Part shown: one piece after another, positions 9,535 to 18,637 of the stretch
How positions within the stretch are numbered: position 1 is the stretch's first letter
Layout of the letters: each line of letters begins with the position of its first letter
Source of the DNA: Planctomycetota bacterium
GTDB taxonomy: Bacteria; Planctomycetota; Phycisphaerae; UBA1845
Direction: 5' to 3'
DNA: 64,000 nt
Assembly (NCBI GenBank): GCA_024280855.1
Contig: JAJRPG010000018.1
Span: 7,386-71,385, forward strand
Made by a program: the position numbers and the translations under genes
The notes under the pieces: generated by a model
Databases searched by the model: none
The model's input: only the letters and a program-made list of their open reading frames with translations
What the model was told of the DNA's origin: nothing

Positions 9535-10875
9535 ATGAGCGTAGCTAATATGACAAAAAGCAAAGACACTTTCCTAACTCACTTTGAGCAATTGGAAAAT
9601 CAGGGCAGTGGGGCGGCAGCTTGGTTGTTACCCACCCGTAAAGCTGCCTTCGCCCGCTTCGCTGAAGATGGCTTCCCCACGACCCGCGATGAGGACTGGC
9701 GATATACTAACGTCGCGCCGATAGCCGGTGGTTCATTCACGCGGGGGTGCGAAGTTGAATCCAAAGTCACCACTAAGCAGATAGAACCTTTTCTGTTTAC
9801 CGACGACTGCATGTTGCTCGTATGTATCAATGGCCAATACATGAGCGAGCTTTCTCAGTTGGGAGAAATCCCCGAAGGCTTGGTCGTGTGCAATCTGAGC
9901 GAAGCGGCTCAATCTCACAGTGACATCGTCGAGGCACATTTAGCCAGAGTTGCATCCACTAAGCAAGCACCATTAGCTGCGCTAAACACAGCCATGATGG
10001 ACGATGGCTTATTTGTTTACATTAAGAAGGGCGTCACCGTCACCAAGCCCATACACATTTTGTTTTTAACAGACGCCGACAATGGGGCGGTCTCAACGCA
10101 TCCGCGAAATCTCATCGTAGCTGAGGCCTCGAGTCAGGTGTCGGTTGTCGAAACTTACGGCACGCTAAGTGGTAAATCTCATTTCACCAATGCAGCTACG
10201 GAAATCATCGCTCTGGATAACGCCCACGTTTTTCATTACCGCCTGCAATGCGAAAGCGAGGACGCTTATCATGTGTCCACCATGCAGATTCACCAACATC
10301 GCGATAGTCAGGTTCATGCGTTCGGCATGTCGCTGGGCAGCGCTTTAGTGCGAAATAACATAGCCACGGTACTCGACGGACCTGGAGGCCATTGCTCACT
10401 GGGCGGTTTATATCTTGTCGATGGCACGCAACATGTAGACAACTTTCTCACGGTTGACCACGCCAAACCTAATTGCACAAGCCGAGAGTTTTTCAAGGGC
10501 GTGTTGCAGGGCGAAGGCAAGGGTATATTCCGTGGGCGAATTATCGTGAGAAAAGACGCACAGAAAACCGACGCCGTACAAACCAATCGTAGCCTGCTTC
10601 TATCAGACAAAGCCATGGTAGAAAGCAAGCCGCAATTGGAAATCCTGGCCGACGATGTAAAATGCACCCACGGGGCGACCATTGGCCAGATAAACGAAGA
10701 TGAATTGTTTTATTTGCAAACCCGCGGCATCAACGAGCAAGCCGCTCGTAGCTTATTGGTCTTCGCGTTTGCCAGCGAATGTTTGTCAGATGTCCGAATT
10801 GAATCCCTACGAAAACATCTCTCCAAGCGATTGTTGACGAGATTGCCACACGGCGAGTTGTTGGGTGATAGCTAA
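9535..10875 (+). CDS. sufD: Fe-S cluster assembly protein SufD
   Basis: EDWRYT and KPQLEILADDVKCTHGATIG motifs. Confidence 0.95.
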   Translation: MSVANMTKSKDTFLTHFEQLENQGSGAAAWLLPTRKAAFARFAEDGFPTTRDEDWRYTNVAPIAGGSFTRGCEVESKVTTKQIEPFLFTDDCMLLVCINGQYMSELSQLGEIPEGLVVCNLSEAAQSHSDIVEAHLARVASTKQAPLAALNTAMMDDGLFVYIKKGVTVTKPIHILFLTDADNGAVSTHPRNLIVAEASSQVSVVETYGTLSGKSHFTNAATEIIALDNAHVFHYRLQCESEDAYHVSTMQIHQHRDSQVHAFGMSLGSALVRNNIATVLDGPGGHCSLGGLYLVDGTQHVDNFLTVDHAKPNCTSREFFKGVLQGEGKGIFRGRIIVRKDAQKTDAVQTNRSLLLSDKAMVESKPQLEILADDVKCTHGATIGQINEDELFYLQTRGINEQAARSLLVFAFASECLSDVRIESLRKHLSKRLLTRLPHGELLGDS

Positions 10876-12147
10876 ATGGTCACAGCTGCGATGAAACAAG
10901 TTAAGATGAAAACTGCCAGCCCAGCCTCATCATTGGACCCTTATCGCATCAAGCAGGACTTCCCCGTCTTGCAGCAGCAGAGCAATGGGCGTCCGCTGGT
11001 TTATCTGGATAGCGCCAACACCTCGCAAAAGCCTCAATGCGTGATTGATGCGATTAACAAATTTTATGCTCACGACAACGCCAACATTCATCGCGGTGTA
11101 TACGATTTAAGCATCCGTGCGACCAAGGCTTATGAAAACGCTCGAGGGACCATAGCTAAGTTTGTGGGCGCATCCCGACCGGAAGAAATCATTTTCGTTC
11201 GCGGTACAACCGAAGCTATCAATCTCGTCGCACAAACTTTCGTGCGAAATCGCGTTGGGCAGGGCGATGAAATTCTCGTCACAGCCATGGAGCATCACTC
11301 CAATATTGTCCCCTGGCAAATCGTCTGCCAGCAAACCGGAGCCGTGCTAAAAGTCGCTCCGATTAACGACGCCGGCGAAATCATCTTAGACGCTTATCGA
11401 GAAAAGCTCACTGCGAAAACTAAATTCGTAGCGATGACGCACGTCTCCAATGCTTTGGGAACCGTGAATCCCATAGCTAAGATGATTGAACTTGCTCATG
11501 AGAAAGACATTCCCGTTCTCGTAGACGGCGCACAAGCCGCACCACATATTCCCATAAACGTCTCAGAACTAGGCTGCGATTTTTACACCGTCTCAAGCCA
11601 TAAGATGTTTGGCCCGACGGGAGTGGGGGCGCTATACGGGCGTTTGGATTTACTTAACGCCATGCCACCTTACCAAGGCGGCGGCGACATGATTCTTTCC
11701 GTCACCTTTGAACATACCACTTATAACGAAGTGCCCTATAAATTTGAAGCTGGTACGCCGCACATTGCCGGAGCCATCGGTTTCGCAGCCGCGGCTCAGT
11801 ACATTTTAGATATAGGTTTCGACAAACTGATCGCTTACGAGCATGAACTTTTAGATTATGCAACTAAATCGTTAGCTACTATTCCTGAAGTCCGCATGAT
11901 AGGCACAGCCGCCGAAAAAGTCTCTGTGCTATCATTCGTGCTTGACGGTGTTCACCCTCATGACGTGGGTACGATTTTAGATCAACAGGGCATCGCTATT
12001 AGAACAGGCCATCACTGCGCTCAGCCCATCATGGACCGCTTCGACGTCCCCGCGACCATCCGAGCTTCCTTAGCTATCTACAATACCAAAGAAGATATAG
12101 ATGCCTTAGCTGCGTCACTAAAAAATGTCATGGAGGTGTTTCGATAA
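10876..12147 (+). CDS. sufS: SufS-type cysteine desulfurase
   Basis: YLDSANTSQKP, PLP lysine in SSHKMFGPTG, catalytic RTGHHCA. Confidence 0.96.
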   Translation: MVTAAMKQVKMKTASPASSLDPYRIKQDFPVLQQQSNGRPLVYLDSANTSQKPQCVIDAINKFYAHDNANIHRGVYDLSIRATKAYENARGTIAKFVGASRPEEIIFVRGTTEAINLVAQTFVRNRVGQGDEILVTAMEHHSNIVPWQIVCQQTGAVLKVAPINDAGEIILDAYREKLTAKTKFVAMTHVSNALGTVNPIAKMIELAHEKDIPVLVDGAQAAPHIPINVSELGCDFYTVSSHKMFGPTGVGALYGRLDLLNAMPPYQGGGDMILSVTFEHTTYNEVPYKFEAGTPHIAGAIGFAAAAQYILDIGFDKLIAYEHELLDYATKSLATIPEVRMIGTAAEKVSVLSFVLDGVHPHDVGTILDQQGIAIRTGHHCAQPIMDRFDVPATIRASLAIYNTKEDIDALAASLKNVMEVFR

Positions 12148-12599
12148 TGGACGACCTTCAAGACCTCTACCAACAGCTAATCCTCGACCACAACAAGTCG
12201 CCGAGAAACCTTGGCAAGCTTGAAGATTACAATCGACAAGCCCAGGGCTATAACCCACTTTGCGGTGACAAGCTTCAGGTTTTCTTGCACGTTGAGGATG
12301 GCATCGTAAAAGATATTTCGTTCGAAGGTTCAGGCTGCGCGATCTCGACAGCCTCAGCCTCGCTCATGACCCAATCCGTGAAGGGCAAAACCGTTGAACA
12401 GGCTCGCGCTACGTTTGAATCATTCCATCAAATGTTAACCGAAGACAGCGACAACGAATCAGATGAATCTGCGTTAGGCAAGCTTGTCGTGTTTTCCGGT
12501 GTATGCAAATATCCCGCACGAGTAAAATGTGCGACACTAGCCTGGCACACCGTCAACGCAGCATTGAGCGACTCCGTTAAGCCTGTATCCACGGAGTGA
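12147..12599 (+). CDS. sufU: SufU-type sulfur-transfer/scaffold protein
   Basis: NPLCGD, GCAISTAS and RVKCATL motifs; follows sufS. Confidence 0.93.
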   Translation: MDDLQDLYQQLILDHNKSPRNLGKLEDYNRQAQGYNPLCGDKLQVFLHVEDGIVKDISFEGSGCAISTASASLMTQSVKGKTVEQARATFESFHQMLTEDSDNESDESALGKLVVFSGVCKYPARVKCATLAWHTVNAALSDSVKPVSTE

Positions 12600-12638
12600 A
12601 AGCTGTCATTAGCCTGATTAAGAAAGAGACCATCGTTC

Positions 12639-13031
12639 ATGCCAGATAACACCACAACTAGCGACTCAGTCATGCCCGATGAAAACGCGGTCATCGAAGC
12701 TATCAAGCAGGTTTTCGATCCAGAAATTCCCGTCAACCTTTACGATCTAGGCCTTATTTACAGTATCAAAATCAACGACGACAGTATCATAGATATCGAA
12801 ATGACTTTAACCACACCCAATTGCCCAGTCGCGGAACTCTTACCCACGCAGGTAGCCAGCAAGGTCAAAGAACTGCCCGGCGTCGAAAATGTACGCATCA
12901 AGTTAGTATGGGAACCAGCCTGGACCCAGGACCGCATGTCTGAAGACGCCCAACTAATTCTAGACATGCAGGGGGGTGTTATGCCCAAGCCGCAACAGTT
13001 CTTCAACATCAGCACGCCTCATAAAAAATGA
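12639..13031 (+). CDS. sufT: DUF59 Fe-S maturation factor (SufT)
   Basis: DPEIPVNLYDLGLIY and TLTTPNCP (DPE...T...C motif), VWEPAW. Confidence 0.88.
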   Translation: MPDNTTTSDSVMPDENAVIEAIKQVFDPEIPVNLYDLGLIYSIKINDDSIIDIEMTLTTPNCPVAELLPTQVASKVKELPGVENVRIKLVWEPAWTQDRMSEDAQLILDMQGGVMPKPQQFFNISTPHKK

Positions 13032-14197
13032 GTACGACAAACTCGCAACTTCGCGTCGCCGTACTCGAGCCATATTACGGCGGATCACACGCCGCTTTTG
13101 TAGACACGTTTATTCAACATTCACGACATGATTGTTTTCTAGCTACGCTTCCCGCGCGTAAATGGAAATGGCGTATGCGAGGCTCAGCTATGTGGTTTGC
13201 GATGCAGGAAAATGATTGGCTGCAAGGCGGGGGGGGGAGGTCTATCGATGTCATCCTTTGCAACGATATGCTAAGCGTCGCTGACCTTCGTTCACTATTG
13301 CCATCCCATATGCGTAACGTCCCTATCGTCTGTTATTTTCACGAAAATCAGTTGACTTATCCGCTTTCAGATGACGACATGCGCGACTATCAATATGGCA
13401 TGACCAACATTACTTCGTGCCTCGCTGCTGACAGTGTTTGGTTTAATTCTCAGGCTCATCAGCAATCTTTTTTATCAGCCGCTAACACCCTGCTGAAAAA
13501 AATGCCTGACCATGTGCCAACTGAAATCGTTTCGCAAATAGAAAATAAATCTCAGGTAGTTTACCCAGCCGTTGATATAAGTATTAAGGAAAAGGGCGAT
13601 AACCAAGTTCCAAAACTAGGCCCCATCACCGTGCTTTGGTGTCATCGTTGGGAATACGACAAGAACCCCCAACCATTCTTCGACGCATTAAGGCTAGCCG
13701 ACGAAATGTCCCTGGACTTTGACATCGTAGCTGTCGGTGAACAGTTTAGGACCGCCCCGCCGGAATTTGCCAAATTTTTCGACGACTTAAAACATCGCGT
13801 CCGCCACGCTGGTTTCGTACCGTCTCGAAATGACTATCTAACCCTGGTATCCAGCTGCGATATTGTAGTCAGCACAGCCAGCCAAGAAAATTTCGGCATA
13901 GCTGTAGTCGAAGCCATGATGCTAGGGTGTCAGCCATTGTTTCCCAACCGCCTGTCATATCCCGAATTGCTACCTTCGGATTTCCGCGATGAATGCCTTT
14001 ATGGCTCTGACTCCGAATTTACTAAACGGCTAATTTCAATCATTCAGGGAGCCAATAGTTTTTCAGCCGAACGAAGACAACAGTTATCCAACCAGATAGC
14101 CAACAGCTTTTCCGCCAAGCATCAAGTGCCAAGAATGGATGACCAACTACAGAAAGTAGTTAGCGATAAAACGTGCAGACCAGAGCATCTGACGTAG
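13028..14197 (+). CDS. DUF3524/GT4 glycosyltransferase, GTDC1 (QTMAN)-like
   Basis: EPYYGGSH, LPARKWKWRMR, YFHENQLTYP, WCHRWEYDKNP and the GT-B ENFGIAVVEA motif. ATGA overlap with the sufT stop. Confidence 0.85.
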   Translation: MSTTNSQLRVAVLEPYYGGSHAAFVDTFIQHSRHDCFLATLPARKWKWRMRGSAMWFAMQENDWLQGGGGRSIDVILCNDMLSVADLRSLLPSHMRNVPIVCYFHENQLTYPLSDDDMRDYQYGMTNITSCLAADSVWFNSQAHQQSFLSAANTLLKKMPDHVPTEIVSQIENKSQVVYPAVDISIKEKGDNQVPKLGPITVLWCHRWEYDKNPQPFFDALRLADEMSLDFDIVAVGEQFRTAPPEFAKFFDDLKHRVRHAGFVPSRNDYLTLVSSCDIVVSTASQENFGIAVVEAMMLGCQPLFPNRLSYPELLPSDFRDECLYGSDSEFTKRLISIIQGANSFSAERRQQLSNQIANSFSAKHQVPRMDDQLQKVVSDKTCRPEHLT

Positions 14198-14540
14198 CTC
14201 GTGCAAAATATATATAAAGTCTCAGCCCAACCGGCAGGCCGTCAGCCAGCAGATATCGGAATTTCCATCAAGAGCCATTGCTCGCGGCTCGTATCGAGAT
14301 ATGCACCAATCCCCATATGAAAAATCTGTATGTGTTGATCATTGTAAACCCTCATTATCGGCCCCTACCCGCATAGTCCGATAATGAATGTTATGTTGCA
14401 TTGGGCTAGCAGGGCGATAACAGACATCGTCCGATAGGGATAGCCTTAGAAAGGCCTATGGGTCTATTTTCATTAGAATGATCGCCATCGAAGATGCAGG
14501 TGTGAACATCCTCGCCTTGTTTAACTCGGCATGGGATGCC

Positions 14541-14563
14541 CTCAGGCTTGCGCCGTGCGGCTC
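14541..14563 (-). repeat. Diverged REP-like element
   Basis: Minus strand GAGCCGCACGGC-GCAA-GCCTGAG resembles GAGCCGCAGGC-TTCA-GCCTGCG at 31787-31808. Confidence 0.4.
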
Positions 14564-14585
14564 TGATGATATTCCAATGTCCGAA

Positions 14586-14924
14586 CTACGGCCTGCGTCC
14601 GCGGGACGAACGCCCCGATGGCCGAGTCTTGCTTTTCGAGTTTTTGTTTTGCTTGAGCTCGGCTAGGTCTATACCAGCACTTAGCTCGATTCGGTTGCCA
14701 ACGAAGCGGTAGACGCCAATACGATCAGATGATGTATCGGTGATATATACATACTCTTCATTATTTGTAGAGCCGACGCCCACGGTGACGACGTACTTGC
14801 CAGCTTTAGCTGCCATGCCTGCACCATAAGCGGGAGACGGCATCACATTCACAACAAGTAGCCCAACAAGTAAAATGACACTCGTTGTGGAAAGGACCGC
14901 AATCGTTATATCTTTAGAATTCAT
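14586..14924 (-). CDS. Small membrane-anchored hypothetical protein
   Basis: N-terminal TM helix, short beta-rich domain (YVYITDTSSDRIGVY), basic tail; GGAAGGA RBS. Confidence 0.7.
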   Translation of the reverse strand: MNSKDITIAVLSTTSVILLVGLLVVNVMPSPAYGAGMAAKAGKYVVTVGVGSTNNEEYVYITDTSSDRIGVYRFVGNRIELSAGIDLAELKQNKNSKSKTRPSGRSSRGRRP

Positions 14925-14968
14925 ATCAGATATTCCTTCCTCGGGAAGCTGTCTTCCTCAAGTTTGGT

Positions 14969-15265
14969 TTACTTTCCAGAAAAATCCTTGGCTAAGTCTC
15001 TCGTACCCAGATGCTTATAATCTCCATTTTGAATATTGATGGGTGCGAATACAAATAGTTGATCGCTAGCTTGGTCTACGACATAGACCACATCAAAAGA
15101 TTGACCGGATGGCTTAGCCGCTACAACAGCCATGTTCCCCGCTCTGCCGCCCGCTATAGCCATCGCACGCGGTAAGGTCATCGTGCCAGTCTGCACGAGC
15201 AGTAACAACAACATAGCCAAATTCAAGCCAATCAAGCCGACAATGACAGCTTTCTTATTGAGCAT
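14969..15265 (-). CDS. Small membrane-anchored hypothetical protein, apparent paralogue of 14586-14924
   Basis: Start moved to MLNKK (ATG 15265, GGAGG RBS). TM helix followed by VVYVVDQASDQLFVF. Confidence 0.7.
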   Translation of the reverse strand: MLNKKAVIVGLIGLNLAMLLLLLVQTGTMTLPRAMAIAGGRAGNMAVVAAKPSGQSFDVVYVVDQASDQLFVFAPINIQNGDYKHLGTRDLAKDFSGK

Positions 15266-15331
15266 AGAAAAACCTCCCTTTTCTCGAAATGTAGCTAGAC
15301 TGATAAGTCTCGCTAGCAATCTAAGGTTACT

Positions 15332-15514
15332 TTAAGTCATGTGGGTTCGTTTGGGATTAATAACCGCTGGCAAGCCCGTGGCAATGATAAGCCCCAAGGC
15401 AATGACCATCGTCAAAGCGCCGCCTTCTTCATCGGCAAGGGCCGCAGGCGTTTGTGCCATAGCCACAGACGCAGCCATGTGCAACGTAAGCAAAACAAAT
15501 AAAGTGCGTATCAT
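15332..15514 (-). CDS. 60-aa small protein: signal peptide, one TM helix and a PKRTH tail
   Basis: GAGGA RBS, AMA|Q cleavage-like site, second hydrophobic segment, basic end. Confidence 0.6.
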   Translation of the reverse strand: MIRTLFVLLTLHMAASVAMAQTPAALADEEGGALTMVIALGLIIATGLPAVINPKRTHMT

Positions 15515-15563
15515 GAAAAGTCCTCGCTAACGGTATAAAATCCCCGCTTGTCCCACACCATCT

Positions 15564-15592
15564 ATTGTAGTTAGCTCTAATTGTAAGGTAAA
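15564..15592 (-). promoter_or_regulatory. Sigma-70-like promoter for the three small membrane-protein genes
   Basis: Minus strand TTTACC-N17-TACAAT, 50 nt upstream of 15514. Confidence 0.5.
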
Positions 15593-15691
15593 GAGCGCCA
15601 AGCCAAATGTGCTGTAGCGGCTTGAAAACTACCGATGTCGCCCTGGCATTGATTAGGCATGGATAATCTGGTGCTACCCATGCCACTTAAC

Positions 15692-16198
15692 TCAAGCTTC
15701 ATGTAGTGGTTTAATCATTTTACGAAAATCCCGCGTAGGCATAGACACCGTCCCCCAGCTTGAAGACCTCGCGCGGGCATGTTTGGCGTATTGTTGTGCC
15801 GAAATCCAGGCAAAGGCGTAATATCTCGATTTGAAAAAATGGCTGTCTAATCCTGCGGCTTCACATGCCGAGCCTACCAACCAATAGGCAAATACGAATC
15901 CAGGCTCAAAGCCATCTCCAAAAACCTGATTCCATTGATGCAGGCCATCCAAGTCAAGCTCAGTCACCCAATTTTCCCAATACCGTTTTCCGCTCACGCC
16001 TTCGTAGGGAAATTTTCGACCTTTGACGTCAGCGAGCCAGGCTATTTTACCAGGTCGATAGACTAAAAAATCAAACGATTTAACTCGGGCGCCAGAAAAG
16101 ATAGCCTTCTTTTGCTCATCAACAGGAATATAAGGCCAGCCACGAGACCGGACGTAGTCTTCAAAAGCTGCCTCATAATGATTATGTCGCTGAGCCAT
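15692..16198 (-). CDS. HYExAFE-family protein (putative PD-(D/E)xK nuclease fold)
   Basis: Starts NHYEAAFEDY; KSFDF...ADVKGRKF resembles a D...DxK nuclease motif. Confidence 0.8.
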   Translation of the reverse strand: MAQRHNHYEAAFEDYVRSRGWPYIPVDEQKKAIFSGARVKSFDFLVYRPGKIAWLADVKGRKFPYEGVSGKRYWENWVTELDLDGLHQWNQVFGDGFEPGFVFAYWLVGSACEAAGLDSHFFKSRYYAFAWISAQQYAKHARARSSSWGTVSMPTRDFRKMIKPLHEA

Positions 16199-16213
16199 GA
16201 TGTATTCAAGCGA

Positions 16214-16645
16214 TTACGCAGATAACTGAACAAGTTGAGACTTTTTCTTACCCTTAGCCTTGGATTTTCGCACAGGCGGGTCAGCGTCTAGAGGGAGTTT
16301 CTTCCCCGTCTTATTTGTATAAAACGTTTCGACCTGACTCGCATGCGTAAAATAATGGTCATACCCGCTACTACCGCCGCTATAATCACAATCTTTCGCT
16401 TCGTATTCTCGGCAAAGCTCGGGCCTGCTATCATAAACTTGGCAGAGATTATCTGCCCCAAGGCTTTTGCACCGGGTTGCATATTGAATATACCAGTCGC
16501 CCTCTTCGACAAAAATGGTGACGCCTTCGTGCATCAGATACCATCTCATGTCGTCATAGTCCCGACGTGTGGTGGGTTTATCAATGGGTAACGCCAGATA
16601 TCGGCAACAGGCCGCAGCGCAATGTTCACAGAGGATTGATCCCAT
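16214..16645 (-). CDS. YkgJ-family CxxCxxCC cysteine-cluster protein
   Basis: CEHCAAACC...C...CQVYDSRPELCREY. ATG 16645 preferred over TTG 16681. Confidence 0.85.
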   Translation of the reverse strand: MGSILCEHCAAACCRYLALPIDKPTTRRDYDDMRWYLMHEGVTIFVEEGDWYIQYATRCKSLGADNLCQVYDSRPELCREYEAKDCDYSGGSSGYDHYFTHASQVETFYTNKTGKKLPLDADPPVRKSKAKGKKKSQLVQLSA

Positions 16646-16757
16646 GTCCAAATTTCTTTCAAAATAAGTAATACTTGCCAATTATTCTCGCTGCATCAAT
16701 TATAATAGCCAGTATGAGTCGTCGCAATCAGGCTATCTGACAACGAGCAAGGAACTT

Positions 16758-17381
16758 ATGAGAATTATCGCAGGGCAATGGCGTTCAAGAAAAATACTTT
16801 GGCCAGAAATGGCAACCACCAGGCCCATGCCAGACCGCATCCGCCAGGCGGTCTTTGATCGACTGGGCGTATACTACGAGCAGCCTGGCTCGCTACCGCC
16901 CCTGCGCGTTGCGGACGTTTTCGCGGGCAGCGGCTCGATGGGACTCGAAGCTCTTTCCAGAGGCGTTGCAAGTTGCTGTTTCTTTGAAACCGAAAGAGAT
17001 GTCATAAGCATATTGCAGCAAAACATCGACACGCTAAAAGCGTCCTCAGTGTCGAGCGTCGAGCGCAGAGATGCGTGGTCAGCCGTCTTAGCCCGCAGCG
17101 CTATGACGCCTTTTGATTTATTCTTCTTTGACCCCCCCTATGCCCAGTCGCAGGATTTGTCACCCGCAGGCCAGGTCGGCGCTTGTTTGCAGGCGATACC
17201 ACCACATCCCACAAACAATCAACTTATGGTGTTGCACGTCAAGAAAGGAACCGCAATCGAGTCCTTTGAACCGTGGAAAATTTACGACCAAAGAAACTAC
17301 GGCACCCATGTTATGCTCATGTTAGAACGTGAAAAAGTAGTAAGCCAAAGTAACGAAGCAAGCCGTGACAACGGAGAGTGA
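16758..17381 (+). CDS. rsmD: 16S rRNA m2G966 methyltransferase RsmD family
   Basis: MRIIAG, TRPMPDRIR, DVFAGSGSMGLEALSRG and FDPPY motifs. Confidence 0.9.
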   Translation: MRIIAGQWRSRKILWPEMATTRPMPDRIRQAVFDRLGVYYEQPGSLPPLRVADVFAGSGSMGLEALSRGVASCCFFETERDVISILQQNIDTLKASSVSSVERRDAWSAVLARSAMTPFDLFFFDPPYAQSQDLSPAGQVGACLQAIPPHPTNNQLMVLHVKKGTAIESFEPWKIYDQRNYGTHVMLMLEREKVVSQSNEASRDNGE

Positions 17382-17388
17382 TTGTAGT

Positions 17389-18618
17389 ATGACCTTGTAC
17401 GCACACACTGCAAAAGAATCTGCCATCGCAGTCATAGACAAGCTGCGTCAACAGGGAGCTATCGCCCTGCTCGCCGGCGGATGCGTGCGCGACGAGCTGC
17501 TCGGGCTTACGCCTAAGGATTACGACGTCGCTACTGACGCCCTGCCCGCGCAGGTGCGTAAATGCTTTCCGCGAGCGAGGGAAGTCGGCGCTCAGTTTGG
17601 TGTCATATTAGTTAGAAAATATAGCTATGATATCGAAGTCGCAACTTTTCGTTCTGACGGCGAATACCTGGATGGCAGACGTCCTGAAAATGTAGAGTTC
17701 GCCACGGCTAAGGAAGATGCCCAGCGGCGAGATTTCACGATCAATGGCCTGTTCTTCGATACCGAAAAAAACGAGGTTATCGATTACGTCGGTGGGCAAA
17801 AAGATTTACGCAACAAATTGCTACGAACCATTGGTGAGCCGGTCCAACGCTTTTCCGAAGACCACTTGCGTTTGTTACGAGCCGTGAGGTTCGCTGCTCG
17901 CTTAGGGTTTGAGATTCATCCCGATACCCTCTCCCAGATCAAACAGTTAGCCCCAAAGCTCCGAATCATCAGCGCCGAACGGATAGCGATGGAGCTTGAA
18001 GCCATCCTCGTCGCCCCCTCTCGAAGCAGCGGTTGGCAGTGGCTAATGGATACTGGTTTACGCGGACATCTCGCAAACAGTTGGACTGATGATGTCCCTG
18101 CTGACAAGGCCGCCTTATCGAGACTGTCTTTTTTGCCGGACCAGGTAATCTCTACTTCCCTGTCATTCGCGGCTATATTTTGCGATATTTCATCGTCATC
18201 AATAAAGCGAATTTGCCATGATCTTCGCCTCAGCAATCGAGTGGCCTCCAACATTTCCTGGCTAATAGATTCGCTGCCTGAAGCGGCTAAGTCCGGGCAA
18301 TTAGAACTCGCTGACCTGAAATTATTAATGGCTCACAAATGTTGGCCTGAGCTACTCTTGTTAGTAAATGCCAATGAGAGAGCAGGCGGTCACTCCACAA
18401 GTGTGTACGACAAGCTAATTGAAAACACGCGAGACATTAAAACGTCAGCTGTTGCCCCCCCGCCACTTCTCACCGGAGACGACTTGAAAACACTCGGCAT
18501 AAATTCTGGTCCAGAGATGGGAAAATTGCTTTCCGCTTTATACCGCGAGCAACTCAACGAAACGATAGAAACCAGAGCGCAAGCACTTGTGTGGCTTGAT
18601 GTGGCGCTTAAAGACTAG
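17389..18618 (+). CDS. cca: CCA tRNA nucleotidyltransferase / poly(A) polymerase family
   Basis: GGCVRD, DYDVAT, RRDFTIN and EDHLRLLRAVRF motifs. ATG 17389 has a GGAG RBS. Confidence 0.88.
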   Translation: MTLYAHTAKESAIAVIDKLRQQGAIALLAGGCVRDELLGLTPKDYDVATDALPAQVRKCFPRAREVGAQFGVILVRKYSYDIEVATFRSDGEYLDGRRPENVEFATAKEDAQRRDFTINGLFFDTEKNEVIDYVGGQKDLRNKLLRTIGEPVQRFSEDHLRLLRAVRFAARLGFEIHPDTLSQIKQLAPKLRIISAERIAMELEAILVAPSRSSGWQWLMDTGLRGHLANSWTDDVPADKAALSRLSFLPDQVISTSLSFAAIFCDISSSSIKRICHDLRLSNRVASNISWLIDSLPEAAKSGQLELADLKLLMAHKCWPELLLLVNANERAGGHSTSVYDKLIENTRDIKTSAVAPPPLLTGDDLKTLGINSGPEMGKLLSALYREQLNETIETRAQALVWLDVALKD

Positions 18619-18637
18619 CATTGTTTTGGATGAGATA

